A model generated the notes under the pieces. The model saw only the letters and a list, made by a program, of their open reading frames with translations. It was not told the origin of the DNA and searched no databases. Position numbers and translations under genes: made by a program. 64,000 nt of DNA from an uncultured Gammaproteobacteria bacterium (lineage in GTDB: Bacteria; Patescibacteriota; Microgenomatia; Levybacterales; UBA12049), in assembly GCA_964416445.1 (NCBI GenBank), contig CAYQEE010000001.1:67676-131675 (forward strand). The letters run 5' to 3'. Positions 9,243 to 18,167 of this stretch are shown piece after piece. Position 1 is the first letter of the stretch. Each line of letters opens with the position of its first letter.

Positions 9243-10229
9243 TTATGCAATTTGCTTTAAGGTAGGAATAACATGCTGACCAATAAATGTAATGAGGTTT
9301 TCTTGATTTATGCTTGTTGTTTGGATGACGACGATATTTGCGTGCAACTGGGTAATTAACGGAGAATAGAGAGAAATGAAATCTTCCTTTGTTGCAATTC
9401 TTGGATATCGAGACAAAATTTGTTCTTTAGGAAGTGAATCTGCTTCTTTTTGCAGTTCTTCAGGATCAATAGCTTTGTCTCTATTTGGTGCTCGAAGTCC
9501 TCTCCAAGGTTGCAGAGCATTCCAAGCTTCATGCTCATCTTGAGCAAAAACACTCCAACGACTCGTTACTATCGTAAATGTATTATTGTTTTTCGATTTT
9601 GCTGAAACTATTGCTGGTTCGATAATATTTCTAAGAGTTTCATCAGGTTCTTTTACACTAGCAATAACACCATTGGCTATTTCTCCAGCAAGTGTTCCCG
9701 ATTTTATACCACCTGCAGCAAGAAATACGGATATAGGATGGAGCGGGGGACTATAAAGTTTTGCGTGGTTTGTTCGATAATAGGTTCCAGAAAAATCTAA
9801 TTTTTCGCCTGCTAATAATCGTGAAATTATTGCTATTGCCTCACGAACTCTTTCTGAACGTTCTTGATATTTGGGAAACGGATATCCGAGAGGAACTTCA
9901 TTAATTGATTCACCTGTTCCTACTCCAAGAGAGAATCTTCCGTGGGACAGTCGATCGATTGTTGCAGCTGCTTGGGCAACAGTTGCAGGATGATAGCGAA
10001 AAAGGGGAGTGATAACTCCTGTTAATAATTGTATTCTCTTTGTTTTTGCAGCAATTGCACCGAGTGTCGCTAATGCATATCCTGCTGAACCAAAATCAGC
10101 TACCCATGGATGAAAATGTTCTGAGATACAGATGCCATCAAATCCAACTGCTTCCGCAAGCTGTGCATGCTTTACCAAAACTTCGGGTTGAAATTGTTCG
10201 TGACCTAAAAAATAATAAATTTGGGACAT
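9243..10229 (-). CDS. F420-dependent glucose-6-phosphate dehydrogenase family oxidoreductase, second paralog
   Basis: 328 aa. GFDGICISEHFHPW, ITPLFRYHPATVAQAAATIDRL, GVGTGESINE. Paralogous to 2385..3368. Confidence 0.75.
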   Translation of the reverse strand: MSQIYYFLGHEQFQPEVLVKHAQLAEAVGFDGICISEHFHPWVADFGSAGYALATLGAIAAKTKRIQLLTGVITPLFRYHPATVAQAAATIDRLSHGRFSLGVGTGESINEVPLGYPFPKYQERSERVREAIAIISRLLAGEKLDFSGTYYRTNHAKLYSPPLHPISVFLAAGGIKSGTLAGEIANGVIASVKEPDETLRNIIEPAIVSAKSKNNNTFTIVTSRWSVFAQDEHEAWNALQPWRGLRAPNRDKAIDPEELQKEADSLPKEQILSRYPRIATKEDFISLYSPLITQLHANIVVIQTTSINQENLITFIGQHVIPTLKQIA

Positions 10230-10308
10230 ACCTTACTAGCAACCTTATGATTATAACACTCTGTGTAAGTAAATAGGATTATTTATGTAAGAACGATGTT
10301 ATAAGATC

Positions 10309-12135
10309 TTAGTGCTGTTTATATAATGGTAAAGAGAATGTAAATACAGATCCTTTACCAACTTCACTTACTACTTGGACATTTCCCTTATGGCGGGAAA
10401 TAATTTCCTTGACTATATACAACCCAATACCAAGTCCCGGATAGGTATCATGACCATTTCCCGTCACTCGATAAAATCGTTCAAATATCCTTGGTAAATG
10501 TTCATGGGGAATTCCTTTGCCGGAATCACGAATACTCACAAGAGCATATTCGTTATTTGTATGGAGTGTGACACAAATTTCAGAATGTGAAGGAGAATAC
10601 TTAATAGCATTTGTGAGTAAGTTAATAAGTACTTGGCTTATCCGTTCTTTATCTGCTGAAACTAAGGACGTAATCGTACCGCTTTTTGTGATCCTATGTT
10701 TTCTTGTGCTAGTTTGCATTAATTCAATTGTTTCGTTAACTAGTTCATTAAGATTAAAATTTTCCTCTCGAAACTCAAGTCTCCCTGTCTGAATTCTCGA
10801 TAAATCTAGTAAATCTATCACTAAGCGAGTAAGTCGATCAATTTGGTTATTCATTTTATGTAAGTAAACCATTGCATTCTTATTATGCGAACGAGAAAAT
10901 TCTTTTTGAAGCAATTCCGTATATACTTTAATACTTGTTAAGGGAGTTTTTAGTTCATGACTTGCCATAGACATAAAGTTGTCTTTGCGCTGCTCTTGTT
11001 CTTTGAGTTTTGTAATATCATGGAGCGCGTTAATAACAAGAATAGGAGATTTTTTTTCATCATATATTGCTGTTGACTTTACGATAACATATCGTACAAT
11101 ACCCGTTTTTTTTTCGCGATAACGTAATGTCACTTGTGGATTTATTTCACCTCGTATAGCTCGTCTTCCTGGTAACTGAGTGTTGGGGAACGTATTTCCT
11201 TTCTCGTCAGTAATTTCATAGCGTTTTAAATAATCAAATAGTGGTGCATCAATCATTTCCTGTACCGTTTGGTATCCAGTAGCATGTGCTGCAGCTAAAT
11301 TTGCGTAGATAATTTTTCCCTGTGTATCTTGTACTGTAATACCATCAGCGATATTTTTTAAGATAATATCCAATTGATTTTTCGAAGCTTGCAACGCTCG
11401 TTCAATATGTTTTCTTTTCGTGATATCAAGTGATACGCCAACAACTCCAATAAACTCACCTTGAGAATTTTTAAGAGGATTATAGTGAGTTTCAAAGATA
11501 ACGTTTCCTAAATTTCCTTCCTCCCAAAATGCTTCACCATGAAGAGCTCGATCTATTTTTTTTATGATTTCCGGATTTTCTCGATTCACTTCTTGATAAG
11601 TTTTTCCGATAATCTCATTTGGCGCGAAATGAATTGCTTCTAAACTTTTTCCTTCTGCAAATGTGAAAACACCTTGAGTATCTATTGCCCAGAAAATGAG
11701 CGGAATACTATCCAAAACTTTTTGAAAATAGACTTCATGAGCAAGTGCTTTCTCTTGTTGCTGTCTGACTGAGGTAATGTCATGTAAATTTACTAGAAAT
11801 CCATTGATTGCAGGGTTATTAAGCTGGTTTACAAGTTTTACTTCAAATAATTTCCATGTTCCTAAGTTATCACTGAAGCGAATAGTAGCTGTTTCTAATA
11901 ATGTCCTAGTTGCTGAAAGAAGAGATGTCTTAAATAGCTTTTGGTCACTGGGAGCAATATAGGAATTTATATTATTACCTATGAATTGATTTGGAGTGTA
12001 TCCTAAAACATCAGAGATTCTCTTATTTGCAAATAAAATTTCCCCTTTTTTGTTAATAAATAAAAAAATATCATTACTTTTTTCATAAATCTTTTGATAA
12101 TCCTGCAGTGAACGCAATGCGTTTCTTTTGGTCAT
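10309..12135 (-). CDS. Sensor histidine kinase with three PAS-like domains (HisKA + HATPase_c). Cytoplasmic, no TM
   Basis: 608 aa. H-box MSMASHELKTPLTSIK. N/G1/G2 boxes NLLTNAIKYSP, IRDSGKGIP, GLGIGLYIVKEIISRHKG. Upstream repeated PAS-like segments. No response-regulator gene adjacent. Confidence 0.85.
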   Translation of the reverse strand: MTKRNALRSLQDYQKIYEKSNDIFLFINKKGEILFANKRISDVLGYTPNQFIGNNINSYIAPSDQKLFKTSLLSATRTLLETATIRFSDNLGTWKLFEVKLVNQLNNPAINGFLVNLHDITSVRQQQEKALAHEVYFQKVLDSIPLIFWAIDTQGVFTFAEGKSLEAIHFAPNEIIGKTYQEVNRENPEIIKKIDRALHGEAFWEEGNLGNVIFETHYNPLKNSQGEFIGVVGVSLDITKRKHIERALQASKNQLDIILKNIADGITVQDTQGKIIYANLAAAHATGYQTVQEMIDAPLFDYLKRYEITDEKGNTFPNTQLPGRRAIRGEINPQVTLRYREKKTGIVRYVIVKSTAIYDEKKSPILVINALHDITKLKEQEQRKDNFMSMASHELKTPLTSIKVYTELLQKEFSRSHNKNAMVYLHKMNNQIDRLTRLVIDLLDLSRIQTGRLEFREENFNLNELVNETIELMQTSTRKHRITKSGTITSLVSADKERISQVLINLLTNAIKYSPSHSEICVTLHTNNEYALVSIRDSGKGIPHEHLPRIFERFYRVTGNGHDTYPGLGIGLYIVKEIISRHKGNVQVVSEVGKGSVFTFSLPLYKQH

Positions 12136-12286
12136 AGTTTACTTACTTTCATCGATATCCATATTTTACCGAATTAATTGTAAGAATAGAGTAAAGGTTG
12201 CTTCACTTAATGAATATTTCCTTCATGAAAATATATTGCTTACTACTTAAAATAAAATTAAAAACTACATAGTATTCCCAATACTT

Positions 12287-12670
12287 ATGCTTATAAGTAT
12301 TCCATACCTTCCCATCTTCAAACAAGTGACTAGTAGTTGCTCTATAAAACATGTTTTAATTAATAAGGACAAATATGCTAGAACAACAAATTTTGCTATT
12401 CAAAAAAATATGAATGGGACAAAAACAATCATACAACAAGTACCCTTTACAGCAAATAATCTAATCAGTTATACCATTGATTTTAATGTCCAAGGGAAAT
12501 CAATCAATGCAAGGGTCTGGAATACGAATAATGGTTCTAAACCTTCAAGCGGGATGATATTAATAACGGATAGCTCACTTACTTTGGCAGGAAATGGTAA
12601 AGTCTGTATATTGACAACGAGCTCTACGAATGCAATTATGCAGTATTTTCAAGCTCAAGCGATTTGCTAA
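12287..12670 (+). CDS. Hypothetical small protein (127 aa), N/T/S-rich; may be non-coding
   Basis: Only sizeable ORF in the 580-bp divergent intergenic region between the histidine kinase and the first glycosyltransferase. No motifs. Composition atypical. Confidence 0.2.
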   Translation: MLISIPYLPIFKQVTSSCSIKHVLINKDKYARTTNFAIQKNMNGTKTIIQQVPFTANNLISYTIDFNVQGKSINARVWNTNNGSKPSSGMILITDSSLTLAGNGKVCILTTSSTNAIMQYFQAQAIC

Positions 12671-12716
12671 TACACTATGCTAGTTTGATAGCGGGAAATA
12701 CATTATAATGATATAA

Positions 12717-13478
12717 ATGTCTCAGCAAACACTTTCAGTTGTTTTAGCAACATTTAATGAAGAAAAAAATCTTCCTGAATGTCTGCAATCAGTAAAAGGA
12801 CTTGCGAACGAAATAGTAGTCGTTGATGGGTCCTCAAGTGACCATACCGTTTCCATTGCCAAAAATTTTGGTGCTCGAGTACAAATAACTAATAATCCTC
12901 CGGTCTTTCATATTAATAAGCAAAAAGCGATTAATATGGCAACGCAAGATTGGATTTTACAATTAGATGCCGATGAGAGGGTAACACCTGCACTGAAACA
13001 AGAAATACACAAGGTTTTAACAAGTAATTCAGACAAAAACGGGTATTGGATACCACGAAAAAATTGGTTTCTCGGACGATATTTAATGAAAGGAGGCGTT
13101 TATCCCGATTATACGTTACGGTTATATAGAAGAGGAAAAGGTTCATTACCGCAAAAGGATGTTCATGAACAAGCAATTGTAGAAGGGGAAGTGGGATATT
13201 TACAACAACCATTAATACATCTTGCAGATCCGGAGTTTAGTCGATATTTAAAACGATTTAAACGATATACAAGTCTCATAGCGACACAGTTGGAAGAAAA
13301 GAAAACAGGAAAAAATCCAGGTACTTTGATAAAATATATGGTAATATTACCAATTTGGTGGTTTTTGAAAGCATACATACGTCATAAAGGTTTTTTCGAT
13401 GGGTGGCAAGGGTTTGTGTTTGCCTTTTTTTCAGCACTTCGATTTCCTGTGTCGTATATAAAGTATTTACAAAAGTAA
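12717..13478 (+). CDS. Glycosyltransferase family 2
   Basis: VVLATFNEEKNLPECLQS ... VVVDGSSSDHT ... LQLDADE (DxD-type) GT-A motifs. TATAAT box 15 nt upstream. Confidence 0.75.
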   Translation: MSQQTLSVVLATFNEEKNLPECLQSVKGLANEIVVVDGSSSDHTVSIAKNFGARVQITNNPPVFHINKQKAINMATQDWILQLDADERVTPALKQEIHKVLTSNSDKNGYWIPRKNWFLGRYLMKGGVYPDYTLRLYRRGKGSLPQKDVHEQAIVEGEVGYLQQPLIHLADPEFSRYLKRFKRYTSLIATQLEEKKTGKNPGTLIKYMVILPIWWFLKAYIRHKGFFDGWQGFVFAFFSALRFPVSYIKYLQK

Positions 13479-13482
13479 TTAT

Positions 13483-14469
13483 ATGAAATTTCTTGTAACA
13501 GGAGGAGCTGGGTACATAGGGAGCTTCATGGTGAAGCGACTTCTCGATGATGGTCACTTGGTAATTGTGGTTGACGATCTTGCACGAGGCATAGCATCAA
13601 ACCTTGATTCTCGTGCTCAATTCTTCCAAGGGAATTTATTAGATAAAAAATTTACCGAGAGTTTATTTACAACTTCATTTAATGGGGTATTCCATTTTGC
13701 GGCATTTATATCGATGGGTGAGTCTATGGAACATCCGCAACGTTATTTTGAGAATAATGTACAAGCATCGTTGAATCTGATAGAAGCTATGAGGAAAAGT
13801 GATTGTAAAAATATTATTTTTTCATCTACTGCTGGAGTTTACGGGAACCCAGTGCAAATACCCATTCCAGAAGATCATCAGAAAAATCCAGAAAATCCAT
13901 ATGGAGAAAGTAAACTTATGGTTGAACGGTTACTTGCATGGTATCAGAAGATTTTCAAAATTAATTATGTTGTACTTCGCTATTTTAATGCCTCAGGTGC
14001 AGCACTTGATGGAAGCATGGGTGAACAACACAATCCTGAAACTCATATAATTCCAAATATTATCAATGCAGCGTTAAATAATAAACCATTTACTTTATAT
14101 GGAGCTGATTACAAAACAAACGATGGTACTTGCGTACGCGATTATATTCATGTTTATGATTTAATTGAGGCGCATGTTTTAGCATTCCAAAAATTACAGC
14201 AAAAGCCTGGTTCATATATATTCAATGTTGGGACAGGAAATGGATATTCAAATAAAGAAGTTGTTGATATGGTTAAAAAAGTATCCAATATCGATTTCCA
14301 AGTTGTTTATGCTCAAAGACGGCCGGGGGATGCTGATACATTAATTGCTAACGTGACCAGAATTCAAGATGCGTTGGGTTTTAAAGCAAAATATTCAGAA
14401 TTGGAATCAATTGTCGAATCTGCGTGGAAATGGCATAAAAATCTCCTTAAACATGTCGAACTGAAATAA
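13483..14469 (+). CDS. galE: UDP-glucose 4-epimerase
   Basis: 328 aa. MKFLVTGGAGYIGSF Rossmann. SSTAGVYG, YGESK (YxxxK). Colinear with GalE over the whole length. Confidence 0.8.
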   Translation: MKFLVTGGAGYIGSFMVKRLLDDGHLVIVVDDLARGIASNLDSRAQFFQGNLLDKKFTESLFTTSFNGVFHFAAFISMGESMEHPQRYFENNVQASLNLIEAMRKSDCKNIIFSSTAGVYGNPVQIPIPEDHQKNPENPYGESKLMVERLLAWYQKIFKINYVVLRYFNASGAALDGSMGEQHNPETHIIPNIINAALNNKPFTLYGADYKTNDGTCVRDYIHVYDLIEAHVLAFQKLQQKPGSYIFNVGTGNGYSNKEVVDMVKKVSNIDFQVVYAQRRPGDADTLIANVTRIQDALGFKAKYSELESIVESAWKWHKNLLKHVELK

Positions 14470-14471
14470 CA

Positions 14472-14490
14472 AAAAGAAGCATTCTTTTTT
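14472..14490 (+). terminator. Weak candidate intrinsic terminator after galE
   Basis: AAAAGAA-GCA-TTCTTTT hairpin (7-bp stem, almost all A-T) followed by a T-rich tract, 3 nt after the galE stop. The stem is weak. Confidence 0.2.
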
Positions 14491-14559
14491 CTTTCTCAAT
14501 TTTTTGGTTCAACAGTAGGTATTGATTAAAAATTTAGCTTTACGATCGAAGGAAAAAAC

Positions 14560-14568
14560 TGGTATAGT
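14560..14568 (+). promoter_or_regulatory. Candidate extended -10 promoter element TGGTATAGT, 13 nt upstream of the ATG at 14582 (near-leaderless transcript)
   Basis: TGnTATAGT matches the sigma70 extended -10 consensus. The same 10-mer recurs before 18168. Confidence 0.35.
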
Positions 14569-14581
14569 AGTATGAGAAAAA

Positions 14582-15640
14582 ATGAATATCGCGCTTGATA
14601 TATCACCGTTAACAACCGGACATTATTTACAGCATCGCGTGAGAGGTACAGGATTTTATACCGAAAATTTAAAAAATGCACTCAAAACTAACTTTCCGGA
14701 AAATTCGTATACCTATTTTTCTCGAGGTGAATCGTTACCAAAAGATATCGATATTGTCCATTATCCTTATTTTGAACCATTTTTTATCACATTACCTTTT
14801 CATAACAACTTTGTTTCAGTTGTCACAATTCATGATTTAACACCGCTTATTTTTCCCGATTATTTTCCATCGGGCTTAAAAGGAAAAGTAAAATGGCAAA
14901 TACAGAAAGGATTATTGAAACATATGGATGCAATTATTACTGACTCGGATGCTTCAAAAAAAGATATTATTAATATTGTTGGTATTGATAAAAAGAAAGT
15001 TCATACAATTTATCTTGCAGCAGGAGACATTTTTCAGCAAATACAAGATGCATCACGTATCAAGAAGATAAAACAGAAATATGCACTCCCGGATAGGTTT
15101 GCGTTATATGTTGGTGATGTTACCTGGAACAAAAATTTACCACGACTTCTCCAAGCAATACAAAAAACATCTATTCCACTGGTATTGGTTGGTAAAGCAT
15201 TAACGGAAACTACCTATGATAAGAAAAATCAATGGAATCAAGATAGACAAGTAGTAGAGCAATTAATAAAACAAAATAACAGAATCCGCATCTTAGGTTT
15301 TGTTGAGAATGATGATTTAGTAACACTTTACAATTCTGCATTATTTTTTATTATGCCAAGTCTTTATGAAGGATTTGGTTTACCCATATTAGAAGCGATG
15401 TGTTGTGGATGCCCCGTAATTACAACACATGAAGGTTCATTAAAAGAAGTTGTTGGAGATGCCGCGTATATCGTCGATGGTTATTCGCTGAATAGTATTG
15501 TAGGTGGGATAATGAAGGTGGCCTCTGATTCATTATTACGAAAGGAATTAGCTGAAAAAGGACAAGCTCGTGCAAAGGAATTTTCGTGGAAAGAAACTGC
15601 AAAAAAGACCGTGCAGGTCTATGCTATGATAAAAAAATAG
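14582..15640 (+). CDS. Glycosyltransferase family 4 (GT-B)
   Basis: C-terminal Glycos_transf_1 signature [24 protein letters not shown]. Confidence 0.75.
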   Translation: MNIALDISPLTTGHYLQHRVRGTGFYTENLKNALKTNFPENSYTYFSRGESLPKDIDIVHYPYFEPFFITLPFHNNFVSVVTIHDLTPLIFPDYFPSGLKGKVKWQIQKGLLKHMDAIITDSDASKKDIINIVGIDKKKVHTIYLAAGDIFQQIQDASRIKKIKQKYALPDRFALYVGDVTWNKNLPRLLQAIQKTSIPLVLVGKALTETTYDKKNQWNQDRQVVEQLIKQNNRIRILGFVENDDLVTLYNSALFFIMPSLYEGFGLPILEAMCCGCPVITTHEGSLKEVVGDAAYIVDGYSLNSIVGGIMKVASDSLLRKELAEKGQARAKEFSWKETAKKTVQVYAMIKK

Positions 15641-15647
15641 TGATTAT

Positions 15648-16442
15648 ATGAAACAGAATGTCATGATCTCTTTAATTATTCCTGCATATAAACAAGAGGG
15701 GACTATTATAAAAGATATAAAGCGGATAAAAAAGATAATGGATGCCATGAAACAACCATATGAAATTATTGTTGTCGTTGATGGTCAAGTAGATAAAACA
15801 TACAAAAATGCAAAAAAAATGGCTTCAAAATCAATAAAAGTTGTAGGTTATCCACATAATCATGGAAAAGGATATGCTGTTCGGTATGGAATTGGTAAAT
15901 CGAAAGGGAAAATTATAGGATTTATTGATGCTGGAATGGATTTGAATCCAATAGGAATACACATTCTCCTTACTGATTTTCAAAAATATAATGCGGATAT
16001 TGTTATTGGAAGTAAACGCCATCCAAAATCAAAAGTGAATTATCCATTTCAGCGAAGGGTAATAAGCTTTCTCTCACAAATATTAATAGGTGCGTTATTT
16101 GGTTTAAATATAACTGATACGCAAGTAGGAATGAAATTTTTTAGAAGAAAAGTTATTGAAGATACCTTACCGAGATTATTAGTGAAACAGTTTGCATTTG
16201 ATATAGAAATACTCGTTGTTGCTTACCATTTAGGATATAAAAAGATTTATGAAGCACCAATTGATTTGCGTTTTAATTTTGACAGAAGTATTGTTTCTCA
16301 AGGCTTGTTGCGTGCTCTTTATTATACCTTGTTGGACACATTAGCAATTTACTATCGCCTCTATATCCAGCATTATTATGATAATAAAAATAAAAGAAAA
16401 TGGAGGTATGATCCTGAACTTAATTTCAAAGTAAATATTTAA
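15648..16442 (+). CDS. Glycosyltransferase family 2 (polyprenol-phosphate sugar synthase-like)
   Basis: ISLIIPAYKQE ... IIVVVDGQVD ... GFIDAGMD GT-A motifs. Confidence 0.65.
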   Translation: MKQNVMISLIIPAYKQEGTIIKDIKRIKKIMDAMKQPYEIIVVVDGQVDKTYKNAKKMASKSIKVVGYPHNHGKGYAVRYGIGKSKGKIIGFIDAGMDLNPIGIHILLTDFQKYNADIVIGSKRHPKSKVNYPFQRRVISFLSQILIGALFGLNITDTQVGMKFFRRKVIEDTLPRLLVKQFAFDIEILVVAYHLGYKKIYEAPIDLRFNFDRSIVSQGLLRALYYTLLDTLAIYYRLYIQHYYDNKNKRKWRYDPELNFKVNI

Positions 16443-16444
16443 TA

Positions 16445-17392
16445 ATGATAGTTGATTTACCTATTAAGAATAAGCGTGTTTTAATAACTGGAATTAACGG
16501 GTTTATCGGAAATTATTTGTCACAGAGACTCTCCAAAGAAGGTGCATTGGTCTATGGTATTTCTGATTCTATTGCAAAAAACAATATTTATAAAATAACC
16601 GTCACCAATTATAATGAACTTGACGAATTTATCAGAAAGGAAAAAATCCACATAATATTCCATCTCGCAGCAAAATCGCTTGTCGAAGATGGGCAATCAG
16701 ACCCATATAAAACGTTTCAAACTAATATTAATGGTACCTTAACTATTTTAGAACTTGCAAGAAAACATGCAATAGAAAAAGTTATTCTTGCATCTACAGC
16801 CCATGTATATGGTGATAATAAGCTTCCGTATCGCGAAGAGTATACTCCAAAACCTTCACGACCATATGAAACTTCAAAAGCATGCGCAGATTTAATTGCA
16901 CAATCATATGCTGATAATTTTTCTTTGCCTGTACTCATTGCTCGTTTTGTCAATATATATGGACCTGGCGATCTTCATTTTACTCGTCTTATCCCAAAAA
17001 CAATCAAAAGTATTATTGAAAATGAACCTCCGAAAATGTGGGGTGTAGGTACAATACGTGATTACTTATACATTGATGATGCTATGGACGCGTTAATCGC
17101 GCTTGCATACTATCCGGTATCGCAAAGCCTTCCAAATCGCTTTTTTAATTTTGGTGTAGGAAATAAGGTTTCGGTTGAAGATATTATTCAAAAACTTATT
17201 AAATTATCAAGGAAGAATATATATATCAATAAAATTAGCCAAACAAGAGCGCAGGAAATATCAGCACAGTATGTATCTTGGGAGAAAGCGAAAACTCTCT
17301 TACATTGGAAGCCAAAATACACATTAGACGAAGGCCTTCAAATTACCTATTCATGGTACGAAGATTATTTTAAGAGAACCATGCATATCTAA
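16445..17392 (+). CDS. NAD-dependent epimerase/dehydratase (extended SDR)
   Basis: VLITGINGFIGNYL Rossmann. ASTAHVYG. YETSK (YxxxK). Confidence 0.7.
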   Translation: MIVDLPIKNKRVLITGINGFIGNYLSQRLSKEGALVYGISDSIAKNNIYKITVTNYNELDEFIRKEKIHIIFHLAAKSLVEDGQSDPYKTFQTNINGTLTILELARKHAIEKVILASTAHVYGDNKLPYREEYTPKPSRPYETSKACADLIAQSYADNFSLPVLIARFVNIYGPGDLHFTRLIPKTIKSIIENEPPKMWGVGTIRDYLYIDDAMDALIALAYYPVSQSLPNRFFNFGVGNKVSVEDIIQKLIKLSRKNIYINKISQTRAQEISAQYVSWEKAKTLLHWKPKYTLDEGLQITYSWYEDYFKRTMHI

Positions 17393-18059
17393 GTAAAGTC
17401 ATAATAATTGGGTATGCATGATGCCACCGAATATTTTTGCCTTCAGCAACAGTCCGGGGATTATAGGAAATAGGGACTTCAATCGGTTTAAAACCTTTTT
17501 TTACCGCTTTTGCTGCAATTTCTGCTTCAATTTCAAAACCATTAGATTTGATAGGAAGTAATGTATTATAGACATTTCTCGTAAAAGCTTTGGATCCAGT
17601 AATAGCATCAGTGGTATTTGATTGAAGTATGAAACTAATAATCTGATCTACAAATACTCCTCCGATATAATAAAGAGACGATGAGTATGCATTCTTGTTA
17701 TTTAACCTGCGAGAACCAAAGACAATCTCTGCTTTTTTATCAAGTATGGGCTGAATGATAACAGGAATATCTTGTGGGTTATATTCTAAATCATCATCCT
17801 GCAAGAATAAAATAGTTCCTGTTGCCGCAGCTAATCCAGTTCTCACAGCTCCGCCTTTGCCAGTATTTTTATTGTGATGCAATAATGTAATACCTTTTAT
17901 TTTTTGCAAAGCGTTATATGTATTATCTGTTGAATAATCATCAACGACAATAATTTCTTTTTTGAGATTGGGAAGTTGGACATCTTGAACTTGTTGGATG
18001 AGTTTGGGAATTCTTGTCTCGCTATTATAGGCTGGAATAATAATTGAAATAGTTTGCAT
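17370..18059 (-). CDS. Glycosyltransferase family 2 (dolichyl/polyprenyl-phosphate sugar synthase-like)
   Basis: ISIIIPAYNSE ... IIVVDDYSTDNT ... FLQDDDLE GT-A/DxD motifs. Confidence 0.75.
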   Translation of the reverse strand: MQTISIIIPAYNSETRIPKLIQQVQDVQLPNLKKEIIVVDDYSTDNTYNALQKIKGITLLHHNKNTGKGGAVRTGLAAATGTILFLQDDDLEYNPQDIPVIIQPILDKKAEIVFGSRRLNNKNAYSSSLYYIGGVFVDQIISFILQSNTTDAITGSKAFTRNVYNTLLPIKSNGFEIEAEIAAKAVKKGFKPIEVPISYNPRTVAEGKNIRWHHAYPIIMTLLRYAWFS

Positions 18060-18130
18060 TAAAATAGATTATAGCAGAGCAATAAAAATAATGTATACTA
18101 GTTTAATTCTCTTCGGAAAATAATAAAAAA

Positions 18131-18139
18131 TGGTATAGT
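18131..18139 (+). promoter_or_regulatory. Candidate extended -10 promoter element TGGTATAGT upstream of the flippase gene
   Basis: Identical TGGTATAGTA 10-mer to the one before 14582. 28 nt upstream of the ATG at 18168. Confidence 0.35.
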
Positions 18140-18167
18140 AAGTAGCATATGCCTTTAAGACGATAAT

